The notes: a model not told the origin generated them from the sequence alone. 64,000 nt of DNA from Candidatus Kerfeldbacteria bacterium (GCA_016207275.1 JACQPY010000012.1:1706-65705), one strand, 5' to 3'. Positions 27,901 to 38,427 are shown, numbered from the stretch's first letter. A program made the numbers and translations.

Positions 27901-30118
27901 CAGCGCCACGCCGAACGTGCCGCCCGACGGCGCCAACCGGTACGCGACGCCGAGTAAAGTTAACGTGGCACCGACCACGACGGCCTTGGCGCCGGGCACC
28001 TACAACGCCACCATCACCCTTGACGGCGGCCCGGGTGTGGACAGCTCGCCGCAGCCGATCGCAGTAACCTACGTCATTACCGCCGCGCCGCGCTTACAAC
28101 TGACGCCCGGACCAAACCCGACTTTGGCGTTCACCGCCACCCAGTCGTCGGGAACCGACCCGGCGCCGCAGGACGTGGTCGTGCAGAACGCCGGCGGCGG
28201 GGCGATCACCTGGACGGCGACGAACCCGGTCAGCTGGATTACGTTGACTAATTCAAGTGACGGCAACGGGCCGACGACGATGCGGATTCAAGTGCGTAAT
28301 GTCCTGGCCGCCGGCGACTACACCGCCGCCATCACCGTCACCGCCACGACCGGCGGCGGGTCAGTCGTCGACAGCCCGCAAACCATTGCCGTCCAGTTCC
28401 ACGTTGACCCGGCGCCGGTGCTGTCGGTCAGCAAGTCCAGCCTGACGTTCACCACCACGCAGGGTACGAACCCGCCGGAACAAACGTTCATCGTTCAGAG
28501 CGGCGCGCCGGCCGGCTGGAGCGGCACGACCAGCGTCACGCCGCCCTTAAACTGGCTGTCGATCACGCCGACCACCGGCACCAACTACAATGACCCGAAT
28601 GATCCGGTGCACGTCCGGGTTGACGTCGCTGGCTTGGCCGTCGGTACCTACGCCGGCACGATCACCATCAGTTCGTCCGGCGCCGTGCCTTCCTCGATGA
28701 CCATCAATGTGACCTTGAACGTCACGGCGCCGCCAGTGCTCGACGTTAATCCGCGTTCGATCACGGTGACCACCGATGAGGGCACGACCGCCACGACTCA
28801 GCTTGGAATCTTCAACAACGGCGGGGCGGGCACGACCATGAACTGGGATATGGCCCAGCCGGCCGCCACCTGGGTTCGTTTATCGTTGACCGCCAGCTGC
28901 GCTGGTCCGTTCGGACCGATCAGCGGCGCGTTGGTCGGCGGACAGTCGGTCGTGGTCACGGTCTGTATCGACACGGTCAATCCGACGCTGTTGACGCCGG
29001 CGGCGTATGCTTCGACGCTGACCATCAACGCGCCGGGCGCGCAACCGGCGGCTGCCGGCGTCAACAACGTCCCGGTGACGCTGAACGTTCTGGCCGACAC
29101 CACCGGTCCGACGGTCGTCGCTGGCAGTATCATCATCGACGCCGACGGCGTGTGCGTCGGCGGCGGTCCGCCGTACTACTTCGGCCGAATCAAGTGGCAA
29201 ACCAGCGAACCAGCCGACTCGCGCGTCGAGTGGGGTGAGCAATTAGTGAGCGGAGTTCCGCCGTATGAACTCGGCTCACTGGTGAGGCCGGAGGGTCTCG
29301 ATACCGCGGCCCACACAGGCGGGGTGGTTGATCACGAGGTCATACTCGATAACTTAAACGGCATTGTCGGCGGCCACACCTACTACGTTCGGTTAACTTC
29401 AATGGATCGGTACCGCAATGTTAGTCCCTGGACCGACCACTTTGAGGTCCCACGCAGCAACGAATTCTTGAGCTTCACCGTGCCGAATGCCTGCGATACT
29501 ACGCCGCCGACCAACGTGATTCTGACCGTGCCGCCGGGCACCCTGTCGGGAACGGTCAACGTCAACCTCAGCGCCGAAGACCAGTCGCGGATTGATCGCT
29601 TTGAAATCTATGAGGGGTTAACGCCCGGTCGTTCGGTGGTGGCCACGGTAGCCGTTCCGGCCGCCGCCTGCTTCTCGACCGGACCGACCTTCAGCTGCAG
29701 CGTCACCTACGCGCTTGATACACGCCTGCTGCCTGACGGTCAGGCCCAACTGTACGCCCGGGCCTTCGACCTGGCCGGGAACTCGGCCGATTCGCCCAAC
29801 GTGGCGATTACCGTGAACAATGCCGTGCCGCGGGTGTCGAACGTCAAGGCCGTCCCGTCAGTACTGGCTAACGGCCTGTGGCAGGCGCTCGTTACCTGGG
29901 ACACTGATCTGCCGTCGAACTCGCTGGTGGACTACGGCATGGAAGACGACGACGGCAACTTCAACGGCTACACCGATCAGCAAAGTCCTGATGACAGCGG
30001 TCGGAACGACCTGATCGCCGGTCATCAAGTGACCCTGACCAATTTGCCGGCCGGCCACATCTTCCACTACCGCGTGACCTCCTGCTCATCGGCTAACCCG
30101 ACCTTGTGCGGAAACTAA
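24962..30118 (+). CDS. giant secreted protein with BNR/YCF48-like propellers, Fn3-like, BACON-like and Ig domains
   Basis: 1718 aa; signal peptide; TTNGGTSW/TTDGGSNW/STDSGATW Asp-boxes; repeated P.LxV...SLxFTA...W(L/I)S...GTYxxTIT. Confidence 0.88.
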   Translation: MGRRSTYLCLASVAALSTAMVLLWSTSARALTITPMPPTATQVSPTQETITWQTDATTTSDQVQYGLSYSLQWTAKQLSISGSPRNETVVGVKAVNAQRAFVATAPTGGTSVLYETTNGGTSWTERWSYTLESPGALEVDVPANRVYVGTANGFVHVLTLSGSSVAQCDTQLGITDMALANRKLWVVGLGTTTVKEVDPASCAVVNHAVNLSAVDPSATYLTDIAAITIGGTTTLWVTSNDVSIATSTNSGSTWSTAVLGTPGSPLGFEDIGAVSNARAYAVGRNGGIYLYSGGTWSVAPTTTSLDFLSLGVGSDSKIFAFGCCTGGFDYYSFSGDGSSWSSLVTMATSTNALAASFVTPNVGWLGGFSGRLALHSVAYPSSTPASNGTNHTATVSGLQEATYYHASAISNTSTQTAESGNFAFKTQELTITDPLGPTATTTSSSATITWNTPNQASLAADSRIYLSANPGWQSTSISGSSLRGISAVGDGAYLVGQTSNAIFRANGLAPNPPLSLIAPPGRAEGIVMVGNRGWAVGQNFIMRTNDAGAIHDGTSWVSQSNGVPSSTYFTNVTAIDDQHAWVVGDNIILRTTDGGSNWNTVLAPLRVLYDTAVVDALTLVAAGDNGYIHRSTDSGATWTQLPRTLPDAAVFGLSFASATAGWAAGFGGVIGQSIDGGKTWSEPFNATSCGFNTTTFYDVAAISPNDVWFVGSGGKVLHWTGAGSCPQTVLIGTATNLRSVDVDGANVWITGENGLVARYGVDTASSSYRSLTDASLTRAHSLTVNVPPLTPNTTYNYFVQSYDAAGYTAVSPLKTFTTQAVPQLQVTPSSLSFTATQGQNPAPQTFLVKDQNNGNIGGWNLSSTTAWLSSPGAVTPTSGPGTPSDTVSVTPNVAGLTVGTYTGTVTVNATDPGVDPTSTPKTVNVSLTITPPPKLTVSSTSLSFTAQENGSAPGLQTVDVTNGGGGTLTYTTDTGGTTWLSATPNVPPDGANRYATPSKVNVAPTTTALAPGTYNATITLDGGPGVDSSPQPIAVTYVITAAPRLQLTPGPNPTLAFTATQSSGTDPAPQDVVVQNAGGGAITWTATNPVSWITLTNSSDGNGPTTMRIQVRNVLAAGDYTAAITVTATTGGGSVVDSPQTIAVQFHVDPAPVLSVSKSSLTFTTTQGTNPPEQTFIVQSGAPAGWSGTTSVTPPLNWLSITPTTGTNYNDPNDPVHVRVDVAGLAVGTYAGTITISSSGAVPSSMTINVTLNVTAPPVLDVNPRSITVTTDEGTTATTQLGIFNNGGAGTTMNWDMAQPAATWVRLSLTASCAGPFGPISGALVGGQSVVVTVCIDTVNPTLLTPAAYASTLTINAPGAQPAAAGVNNVPVTLNVLADTTGPTVVAGSIIIDADGVCVGGGPPYYFGRIKWQTSEPADSRVEWGEQLVSGVPPYELGSLVRPEGLDTAAHTGGVVDHEVILDNLNGIVGGHTYYVRLTSMDRYRNVSPWTDHFEVPRSNEFLSFTVPNACDTTPPTNVILTVPPGTLSGTVNVNLSAEDQSRIDRFEIYEGLTPGRSVVATVAVPAAACFSTGPTFSCSVTYALDTRLLPDGQAQLYARAFDLAGNSADSPNVAITVNNAVPRVSNVKAVPSVLANGLWQALVTWDTDLPSNSLVDYGMEDDDGNFNGYTDQQSPDDSGRNDLIAGHQVTLTNLPAGHIFHYRVTSCSSANPTLCGN

Positions 30119-30122
30119 TCGT

Positions 30123-33100
30123 ATGACCGTCCGACCTTGGCCACGATCGAAGATTAATCACCGGGCGTTTGTCCGCAGGCTACTTATTGCTTCCGCGACA
30201 ATGATTGTTGGGGTAGCGACAATATTCTCGTTGGTGCGAGTGGCCGCGATCCCAGACGCGGCCGAAGCGCGACAGTGTTTACCAGGTCAAGGTTACTGCC
30301 CGACCAGCCCGACCTCTCGGGTTTGTGACGGCGACTGCTACGGCAACCAGCGGTGCGTGGCTGAGCCGTTTGAAACCGTCGGTACGTTGGTGCCGGATTC
30401 GACATGCAGCGGTTCGACCACCCTGACCATTTCTAACGTCAGTCACGGCACGCCGGGGTCTGACCGAGCGACCATCACCTGGACGACTAACCTGGCCGCC
30501 AGCACCGAGCTTCGCTACGGCCTGACCAGCTTCCTCGGCTCCACGCAGGTTAATACCGTGCCGAGCTCAACCAGCCATTCAGTCACCATTACCGGCCTGC
30601 AGCCGTCAACCACCTACTATTATCAAGCCTACTCAGAAACCGGTCCTGACCCCGACGACCTGCGCGCGACCAGCAGCCTTCGTAACTTTACCACCTCGAG
30701 CGGCGCGCTCGGCGGGACCTTACCGACCATCGTCCTCGGACCCGAAGAACGGGTCAACATCGATACCGCCCGCATCACCTTCAAGACCAACGTTCCGACC
30801 GCGGCGCTGATTGAGTTCAGCACAGAACCGAACACTCAGCCTGATTCCGGTAATCCCGGCTACAGCCAGGTCTGCGACGCCTCGGCCAACTGCAGTTCGC
30901 CCCCACCGCAGCCGAACGTTTTAAACATCGATCACACCATCAATCTGACGGGCTTATCACAGCCGTCGAGCCCATACTTCTACCGCATCACGATTATTGA
31001 CGCCAACCGCAACGTCTTCGCGCTGCCTGATCGCTTTACCACGACGGCCAGCTCGAACGACTACATCTTTTCCACCGGCGACTGCGACGACGGTACGCCG
31101 CTGCGGCAGTGCAACGCCGATAAAAAGTTCTGCCGACCCGGCAACCGCGACCCGGTTTTCGACTGTCGGCCGAATATCGCCTGTCCCTACACCTGCCCGG
31201 GCGGGTCAACCTGCGCAGAATCCGGCGACTGCATACAAGATCCGGCCCTCGGCACCTCGCCGACCGAGTGCAATCCCAAGTCGTGTTACCTCAAGTGCGA
31301 CGGCAACAGCGGCAGCTTCAGCGGTCGTCGCTGCGGCATTGACGCCGACTGCAACGGCGGCAAGTGCATTGTCGGCTCGTTCACTACGCCGGCCGGGCCG
31401 GGCTGCTACGCCAGCTGGCCGTCGTGCGACGCGAACGTCATCCTGAAAGTCAGGCCCGACCGCGTCTGCGACAAGTGGCTGACCTGCAAGACCTCGCTGC
31501 CGGTGACCAACGCCCAGGGCCAGACCCAAAACCAGTGCTTAGATTTGACCATCTGCGATTCCTTGACGCCGAACGGCCAGTGCAACAACGTCCTCGAAGG
31601 CCGGCAGTGCGACAACGACCCGTTGCGGTTTTGCGCCGACGATGCTGACTGCCCGGGCGGCCGGTGCTCGCTCGCTAACGAACCGCGGGCCCTGACCTTC
31701 CGCACGCCGGAAGAAGTGTCGCAAATCAGCGGCTTGACCGGCTATTCCGTCGCTGGTCTCGACTGGCATGGCCAGCCGAACTCACTGAAGATTGATGGTT
31801 ACTACCCGCTGTCGGTCGCCAAGCAGGTCGGCACGCGCTTCGACATTCCCAACAGCAATTTCGAGGATTCGGTCGTGGTTCAGCGATGCCAGAACCCTAT
31901 TACGAAGTCGTGCACTCAGGACAACGACTGCACGCCGAGCAAGTGCATTTTCTTGAGCTCGCTGTCGCACCCGAACGTGCGCAACATCTTGGTCGCCGAG
32001 CACTGGGAGCCGGTCAATCCGGTCGGCTCGACCAAGAACGCGGCCGTGACGCTCGACAGTGAGACGTCGAAAACCAGCCCCAACCACATGCTGAAGATTA
32101 CCCCCTCGAACCTGGCTGATTCCGGTGCGCAGACGTCGGCCGGCGTTGAGCTGCGAACGTCTGCTCAGGCTGAGTACCTGCTCAGTTTCCGGATCCGGTC
32201 AGAGCAGAACGAGCAGCCCGTGACGGTCAGCCTGGTCAACCCGACGACCGGCGATCGGCAAGTCCTCGGCGACCTTTTCTTGACCACTGGCTGGCAGGCC
32301 TTGCTGCTCGGTCCGAAAGCGGGCGTCAACGGCGACACCCGAATTGCGTTTACCACGCCGGTCACCGGCGAACCGGTGTCGTTCTGGATTGATGATGTGG
32401 CGATGCTGCCGGCCCTGAAGGTCAGCGATACGAAGTACGTCCCGCAATCCTGCCGTCTCTACCCGAGCGACGGCGCGCCGACCTGCGACTTCACCGACCG
32501 CAACGGTTTGCTGTTTAAAGGATTAAAAGGCTACTGCCTGGAGCGCGACTCGCTCAATTCAGCGATCTGCTTGTCGTGGTGGCCGGTTGACGCAGTCTTT
32601 GGCGACAGCGTGTTTGGGGCGGCTGACCAGGAAGCCGGCTACCGCGACCGCCAGCCGCTCTATGCCTGCGCCGAGGCGGTCGGGCAGTCTTCGAGCTTTA
32701 ACACCGGCGCAACAATATTTACCGGCGTTGACTGCGATGCGGACACGGCCGGTCCAGTGATTGCGCTCTATCCGGGCGGATCCGGAGGGCTATGCAACGA
32801 GCAGCTCGGCCCGTACCGGCCAATGACGACAAAATTCCCTGCAACAGCTGATGCCATTAAATTATACGGCCAAAATTTCGGTGGGCCTTGTAATACGATA
32901 GAAGATAGAGCCGAATGTCGGGACGGTACTCAGCCGGGATTCTGCTTCTGTTCAAAGCTAGGATACGACTCGGGGTTGACAACGCCGTCCGCAACGGATC
33001 AGAAAATACACAAATATGACGTTGAGTACTTCCGTGTCCATATGATGCGGTATAACCAGAACGGCGACAGCACGTGGGACAGAATTGTGCCAATCGCGGG

Positions 33101-34763
33101 GGATATCATTCTCAACGAGGGCAATGGGTGGTTTGCCCGGGCAGGAGCGGACGCATCTAACTGTGCAGGCATGTGGTTTGAACTGAAGTGGGATTCGGTT
33201 GACCAACACCTCACGGGAATCAACTGGGGGGCGCAACGATGCGCAAATAGCAATGAGGCCGCGTCAGGATTCTGGGCTCAAGGTTTGTTCTTCATGAAGG
33301 AGCGCTGCACAAAACTGGTCCAGGTAGCAACTGACGATAGCGTGACAGCCTGGGCAGACCGGACTTCGAACGCAGCGACGTACGTGGTACCCGATCTCAA
33401 CTATCGCTACGTCAATGATTTGGCGCCGTTCGGCACGGCCGCCCCGCGGACCGTTGAAGAGCCGGATGACTGGAATAAGTTTGAGCCGTTGACAGTCCAA
33501 GGACCAGACGTCAGCCGGCCCTCGCCGAATCAAGTGCGAGCCGGCAGCGCCTACGCTTGCAAAGGAAATTGCAGCGGTCGGGTGTGTTCGAACTTGAGCG
33601 GCCGCCAGGCCGGGCAGTTCTGCCTGGATTCCTCCGACTGTTTCGACGACAATGGCACGCCGAAGGATTCAACTGACGACCGTCAGGGCACCTGCGAAGG
33701 CAATGGTTTTTGCGCCACGTACGATGCGGGCACAAAGACCTATGACTTCGACCAGGAAACAGCTAAAGCCTGCACTCGCGGTTACAGCACTGGCACGCGC
33801 TGCGACGCCAACAGCAGCGTCAATAAAGGAGCGACCTGCACGGCTGACGCGGATTGCCAATTTACGACTGGCCGGTGCGTGAATCTGCCAGGCCAACTGC
33901 GTGGCAAATGCGACGGCAACAGCGGCAGCAAGTCTAGCAGTTCGTGTTTCAATGACAGTGAATGCCGCGATACAGCTGGACGCTGCGTCACCGGCGTCTG
34001 TCCAGCTGGCCAGCAATGCTGCAGCCAGCCGAACGAAGAGTGCATTGGCGGCGCAGCCTCGAATCGCGGCACCCAGACGCTGAACTCGTCCGTACCGACG
34101 CTGGCGAGCGGCAGCTACGCCCAGTACAACTTAATGCGCCTGTTTGCCAAAACCTACGGCCTGTGGGAGTGGAACATAACCAGCGGCAAGTACGAGCAAC
34201 AAACATCGTTCAGTTCTTGGAACCCGCCAACGACGCTCTGCAAGGTCTGCTCTGGCGGAGCCGACGCGAACAAAGCCTGCACCGCTGACGGCGATTGCAC
34301 CGGCGGCACCTGCGTAGACGCGGTTCGTCACTCGTCTGAAGCGGTGACGAGCGAACCGACCGCTGACTACTGCGCCATCAAGCCGACCATCACCAACATT
34401 TCCAATCGTGACGTCGCCTCGGTCGTACTCGATGAAGGTGTAACGTACACCTTGCGGTTCAATAGCAACGTTGATCTGGAACAGCGGCCGCTGACCGAGG
34501 TAGCGATTGATTGGGGTGACGGCGATACTACGGTTGACGGCAACTTACGAATTGCCCCGCGCGACGATCCGAATCGGCCGCATGCCTACACTCACGTCTA
34601 CCACTGCGGGCGCAAAGGGATCTGTAATTACCAAGTGAAAGTGCGCATCCGCGACAACTGGGGCTGGTGCGACAACGGGGTGGCTAGTACGCCATGTAAG
34701 CCGACCGTCGGTACCAGCACGGCTGACTGGCAGAACGGCCCGCTCATCCAGGTAGTTCGCTAA
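30123..34763 (+). CDS. giant secreted cysteine-rich protein with Fn3-like, CBM-like and PKD-like domains
   Basis: 1546 aa; ATITWTTN..HSVTITGLQPSTTYYY; CDGNSGS..C..D.DC repeats; IDWGDG. Confidence 0.85.
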   Translation: MTVRPWPRSKINHRAFVRRLLIASATMIVGVATIFSLVRVAAIPDAAEARQCLPGQGYCPTSPTSRVCDGDCYGNQRCVAEPFETVGTLVPDSTCSGSTTLTISNVSHGTPGSDRATITWTTNLAASTELRYGLTSFLGSTQVNTVPSSTSHSVTITGLQPSTTYYYQAYSETGPDPDDLRATSSLRNFTTSSGALGGTLPTIVLGPEERVNIDTARITFKTNVPTAALIEFSTEPNTQPDSGNPGYSQVCDASANCSSPPPQPNVLNIDHTINLTGLSQPSSPYFYRITIIDANRNVFALPDRFTTTASSNDYIFSTGDCDDGTPLRQCNADKKFCRPGNRDPVFDCRPNIACPYTCPGGSTCAESGDCIQDPALGTSPTECNPKSCYLKCDGNSGSFSGRRCGIDADCNGGKCIVGSFTTPAGPGCYASWPSCDANVILKVRPDRVCDKWLTCKTSLPVTNAQGQTQNQCLDLTICDSLTPNGQCNNVLEGRQCDNDPLRFCADDADCPGGRCSLANEPRALTFRTPEEVSQISGLTGYSVAGLDWHGQPNSLKIDGYYPLSVAKQVGTRFDIPNSNFEDSVVVQRCQNPITKSCTQDNDCTPSKCIFLSSLSHPNVRNILVAEHWEPVNPVGSTKNAAVTLDSETSKTSPNHMLKITPSNLADSGAQTSAGVELRTSAQAEYLLSFRIRSEQNEQPVTVSLVNPTTGDRQVLGDLFLTTGWQALLLGPKAGVNGDTRIAFTTPVTGEPVSFWIDDVAMLPALKVSDTKYVPQSCRLYPSDGAPTCDFTDRNGLLFKGLKGYCLERDSLNSAICLSWWPVDAVFGDSVFGAADQEAGYRDRQPLYACAEAVGQSSSFNTGATIFTGVDCDADTAGPVIALYPGGSGGLCNEQLGPYRPMTTKFPATADAIKLYGQNFGGPCNTIEDRAECRDGTQPGFCFCSKLGYDSGLTTPSATDQKIHKYDVEYFRVHMMRYNQNGDSTWDRIVPIAGDIILNEGNGWFARAGADASNCAGMWFELKWDSVDQHLTGINWGAQRCANSNEAASGFWAQGLFFMKERCTKLVQVATDDSVTAWADRTSNAATYVVPDLNYRYVNDLAPFGTAAPRTVEEPDDWNKFEPLTVQGPDVSRPSPNQVRAGSAYACKGNCSGRVCSNLSGRQAGQFCLDSSDCFDDNGTPKDSTDDRQGTCEGNGFCATYDAGTKTYDFDQETAKACTRGYSTGTRCDANSSVNKGATCTADADCQFTTGRCVNLPGQLRGKCDGNSGSKSSSSCFNDSECRDTAGRCVTGVCPAGQQCCSQPNEECIGGAASNRGTQTLNSSVPTLASGSYAQYNLMRLFAKTYGLWEWNITSGKYEQQTSFSSWNPPTTLCKVCSGGADANKACTADGDCTGGTCVDAVRHSSEAVTSEPTADYCAIKPTITNISNRDVASVVLDEGVTYTLRFNSNVDLEQRPLTEVAIDWGDGDTTVDGNLRIAPRDDPNRPHAYTHVYHCGRKGICNYQVKVRIRDNWGWCDNGVASTPCKPTVGTSTADWQNGPLIQVVR

Positions 34764-34767
34764 GGCC

Positions 34768-37700
34768 ATGGTTCTTATTAACTTCATCCAGCGCCACCAA
34801 AAACCAACCGCCGTCATCCTGGCGGTCGTCTTACTGTCGGCATTCTGGCTGGCCGTGCCGCATGAAGTTAAGGCCGTCGGCGAGGGCATCATCGCCAACA
34901 TCCTGTCGTGGCTGGCGTACCAGTTGATCACCCTGATGGCCAACCTGCTGGTGGTGGTGGTCAACATCTTGGTCGCCGTCGCCCAGTACAACAACTTCCT
35001 CGGCGCGCCGGCGGTTGAGCGCGGCTGGGTGATTGTCCGCGACATCGCCAACATGTTCTTCATTGTGGTTTTGCTGATCATCGCCTTCGGCACGATTTTG
35101 CGACTGGAAAACTACCGCTACAACCGCCTGCTGGCACGGCTCATCGTCATGGCCATCTTGGTTAACTTCTCCAAGTTCATCGCCGGTTTCTTCATCGACT
35201 TCGGCCAGGTCATCATGCTGACCTTTGTCAATGCCTGGCGTGACGTGGCCGCCGGCAACATCACCCACGCCCTCGGCCTGACCGAGATCATTCAGCTCCG
35301 CAACCAACCGCTGCCCAGCGGCCAGGAGATCAGTTCGGGAGCGGTGCTGACCGCGCTGCTGCTCGGCTTGTTCCTGGTGACGGTGGCCGTTATCGTCCTG
35401 GCGATCATGGCGATCGTCCTGATTTTGCGCGTCCTGGCCCTGTGGTTCTTGGTTGTCCTGTCGCCGCTGGCATACCTCTTCCGGACCTACCCGGCGACCG
35501 AGAAATATGCGGCCCGCTGGTGGCAGGAATTCGGCCGTTACGTCGTGGTCGGGCCGGTGATGGCGTTTTTGCTGTGGTTAAGCTTGGCGGTCATGACGGC
35601 GCCGGTGCAGTTTAGCGAAGAAGTGTTTACCGTCGTTAAAACTACCGAGGGATCGGCAGTGATCGAGCCGACCGACAGCGCCACCGCCAACAACGTGGCC
35701 GCCGCCATTTCGACCATTGGCCAGTCCGACAAGCTGTTGGGTTACATCACCGGTATTATGCTCCTGGTCGGCACGCTGATGATTACCCGCGAGCTGGGCG
35801 TGGCCGGCGGCCAGCTGGCTGGGCAGTGGGCCGAGAAGATTCGGGGGTTTGCCACCAAGGCGGCGGTGGTCGGGGGCGCTGGTGCGGCTTTCGGAGCGTT
35901 AGGAGTAGCTGGCGTGACGGTTGGCAGGCCGGCGGCCAAGCTGGCCGGCAAAGGGATTGCGGCTGGCGCAAAAGGGCTTGGCAATGCGATTATCGACCGT
36001 GCACAAGTTGCCCTGGGAGGAATTCCGCTCAGACCGAGCGTCTGGGCCGAGGGATTCAAGCGCGCCAGCGCCCGGCGTCGCCATGATTGGGAGGAAAAAC
36101 GTTGGCAAGCGGCGAACAAGAACATGGAAGAGGCGCTCAAGCCGGCGGTCGGCAAGAAGATGAGCGCTGCCCGGCGAGCCTGGAAATTCGCAGTTGGCGC
36201 CGCCGGTTCGCCGGAATACTTTAAGTATAATCTTCTGACTTTTGGCAACTTCGGTAAAATGATAGCTGGCCGAGGCGGCGAGGTGTTGGGCGGGGATTTC
36301 TCCGAAGCCAGCGAGGACTACAACCGGACGCGAGAGCGAGCCAAGGCCATGGCTCGCGAACGGGAACTAATGCAGGGCTCGCGCGACCTTGGACAGTTTT
36401 ATGTTCAGGAGACCGCTGGTCAACGCGTCCAGTCAGACGTTAATGCGGAGGCAGAAAAAATCAGGTCCGAGCGGACCCGCGATCTTCGCGCTGACGTCAA
36501 CTTCTTCGAAGAGAAGGACCACGAAGGAAAGGTCGTGCGACGCCTGCCGCTGGCTGAATACATCAGCGGTTTGATGCGCGATGAGGGGTATGATCCGACC
36601 TCAGGCGACGAGCGGACCGTGCGACGTCGAGCGGCCCTGGAAAAAGAGCATGATGAGCAGTTGGCGCGGTCACGCCTGGTGAAAGAGGAACAGCAAGGAC
36701 AGCTAACGGCCAAGGTCGCCGAGGTCGCCAAGGACCGGGCTGCCAACCCGGCCAGCCGCTATGGCCGTAAGACGGTCAAAAAGGACAAAGAAGAGGTCGA
36801 AGTCAGCTTCGCCGATGCACTGGATGAAGCCATGGACAAGAAGTTCCCTAAGAATTTTAATCGCTATCTAGAGTCTCAGGGGATTGATCCGCGCGCCAAG
36901 GATGATGGGACTAAGTTGAAGATTGAGGCACTCCGGCCGGGATACGAGGCGATTTTCAAGAAAGAGTTTGAGGACAATTGGAATAAGGAACAGGCTGAAG
37001 CCGAACTGGAGTTAAGTCCAGAATACCAGGATCCGATGGCCACGCGGGAGGAGCGTTATCGCCAGGAAATCCTGAAATCAGCGCCGGAAAACGAGCTCCG
37101 ACGGCGGGGACAAGCAGTGCATGAGGAAGAGGTTAAAAAGCTGCGCGATCAGGCAGCCGCGATCAGGGCCGGCGGATTAACCGAGGGGCAGCATGAACGG
37201 AGAGAGAAGGAGCTGATTGAGGTCATTAAGAAGCTCGAACAGATTGACAAGGATTTGAAGACCCACTCTCCTGGAACGCCGGAGTACTCGCGGCTGATGG
37301 AGGAGCGCGCCGAACGCGAAAAGCAACGGCAGCTGCTTGAGCGTTACCTCAAGCCGAAACCTGGTGAAAAACCGCCGCTGAACGACGATGAGAAGAAAGA
37401 AGGCGAGAAAGAAGCCGAGAAACTGGAAGAGGCAGCCAACCTCCAAGAAGGAATGGCTAAGCGTCGCGTGACCGATACTGAGCTGCGGTTGATGGACGAA
37501 GCCATAGACGCGCAGGAGAAGAAAGTGCGCGACCAGGCTAAGGTCGTCAGCCGGCTCCGTCCGGCCGTGCCCAAGGAACTGCGACGCGAGCTGCGCGCGT
37601 CGATTGCCGAGAAAAAGAAGGAAATTACGACTGAGCAGTGGCAGGAGCAGCTGTCAATTTTCGAGGACGCGGTTCGGCGCGGCGATGCGAGTACGGCTGC

Positions 37701-38424
37701 GGCCGCGGGTATCCGGGCGGCCGAGGATTTTAACTTGAATGAGTTTCAAACCAACTTAGGATACGATTCCGACGCTGAAGGCCTGAAACAGATGATAGAC
37801 GATTACTTCATCGGCAAACTGGGCATGTCCGAGGATCAGGCGCTGTCGATCGCCAACGACATGTCGCATGCCGCCGAAAAGGTCAACCACTGGGGAGTGG
37901 CGCGGGCAGTCAAGACCGACACCGTTACCGGTCGGCAGCACTTCCAGGATGAGCTTGATCGAGAAATGGAGGTAAGCGCTGAGATCCGGAAAGGCGACTT
38001 TGAAGGCACTATCCGTCGCTTTAATCGTCTGGCCTGGGGCAAAGAAGTGATTGGCGCCGGTACTGACATGGAGCGCGCCTCGCCAGCAGAACGCGCCGAG
38101 TACTATCGCCAGACCGGTGACCGCAGCTTCGTTTCTCTGCCTTACGGCCTGGCCTTCTTGGCTGAAAACTTCGGAAAGTCCGAGCGGAACATCAAAACCG
38201 GTCGGTTCAACCCCAACTATGCCACCAAGTTGTTCGACCCGGCAAACCGCCAGATGCTTGAAATGTTAGTAAAAGCGCTTGGTAATTTTACCCAGCTCGG
38301 GGATTCGCGTAAGGTCACGATGCCGGAAATCTTAGCACTCATACGGCAGTTCGGCGCCAGGGATCGCAGCGCGGCAGGCGATTTCGACCGCTTGCGAGAC
38401 TTCTGGCGCCGGTCCGGCCGCTAG
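34768..38424 (+). CDS. VirB6/TrbL-like polytopic membrane protein with a long charged coiled-coil C-terminus
   Basis: GWVIVRDIANMFFI, ILVNFSKFI, LRVLALWFLVVLSPLAY; about 800-aa E/K/R-rich tail. Confidence 0.75.
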   Translation: MVLINFIQRHQKPTAVILAVVLLSAFWLAVPHEVKAVGEGIIANILSWLAYQLITLMANLLVVVVNILVAVAQYNNFLGAPAVERGWVIVRDIANMFFIVVLLIIAFGTILRLENYRYNRLLARLIVMAILVNFSKFIAGFFIDFGQVIMLTFVNAWRDVAAGNITHALGLTEIIQLRNQPLPSGQEISSGAVLTALLLGLFLVTVAVIVLAIMAIVLILRVLALWFLVVLSPLAYLFRTYPATEKYAARWWQEFGRYVVVGPVMAFLLWLSLAVMTAPVQFSEEVFTVVKTTEGSAVIEPTDSATANNVAAAISTIGQSDKLLGYITGIMLLVGTLMITRELGVAGGQLAGQWAEKIRGFATKAAVVGGAGAAFGALGVAGVTVGRPAAKLAGKGIAAGAKGLGNAIIDRAQVALGGIPLRPSVWAEGFKRASARRRHDWEEKRWQAANKNMEEALKPAVGKKMSAARRAWKFAVGAAGSPEYFKYNLLTFGNFGKMIAGRGGEVLGGDFSEASEDYNRTRERAKAMARERELMQGSRDLGQFYVQETAGQRVQSDVNAEAEKIRSERTRDLRADVNFFEEKDHEGKVVRRLPLAEYISGLMRDEGYDPTSGDERTVRRRAALEKEHDEQLARSRLVKEEQQGQLTAKVAEVAKDRAANPASRYGRKTVKKDKEEVEVSFADALDEAMDKKFPKNFNRYLESQGIDPRAKDDGTKLKIEALRPGYEAIFKKEFEDNWNKEQAEAELELSPEYQDPMATREERYRQEILKSAPENELRRRGQAVHEEEVKKLRDQAAAIRAGGLTEGQHERREKELIEVIKKLEQIDKDLKTHSPGTPEYSRLMEERAEREKQRQLLERYLKPKPGEKPPLNDDEKKEGEKEAEKLEEAANLQEGMAKRRVTDTELRLMDEAIDAQEKKVRDQAKVVSRLRPAVPKELRRELRASIAEKKKEITTEQWQEQLSIFEDAVRRGDASTAAAAGIRAAEDFNLNEFQTNLGYDSDAEGLKQMIDDYFIGKLGMSEDQALSIANDMSHAAEKVNHWGVARAVKTDTVTGRQHFQDELDREMEVSAEIRKGDFEGTIRRFNRLAWGKEVIGAGTDMERASPAERAEYYRQTGDRSFVSLPYGLAFLAENFGKSERNIKTGRFNPNYATKLFDPANRQMLEMLVKALGNFTQLGDSRKVTMPEILALIRQFGARDRSAAGDFDRLRDFWRRSGR

Positions 38425-38427
38425 CCT

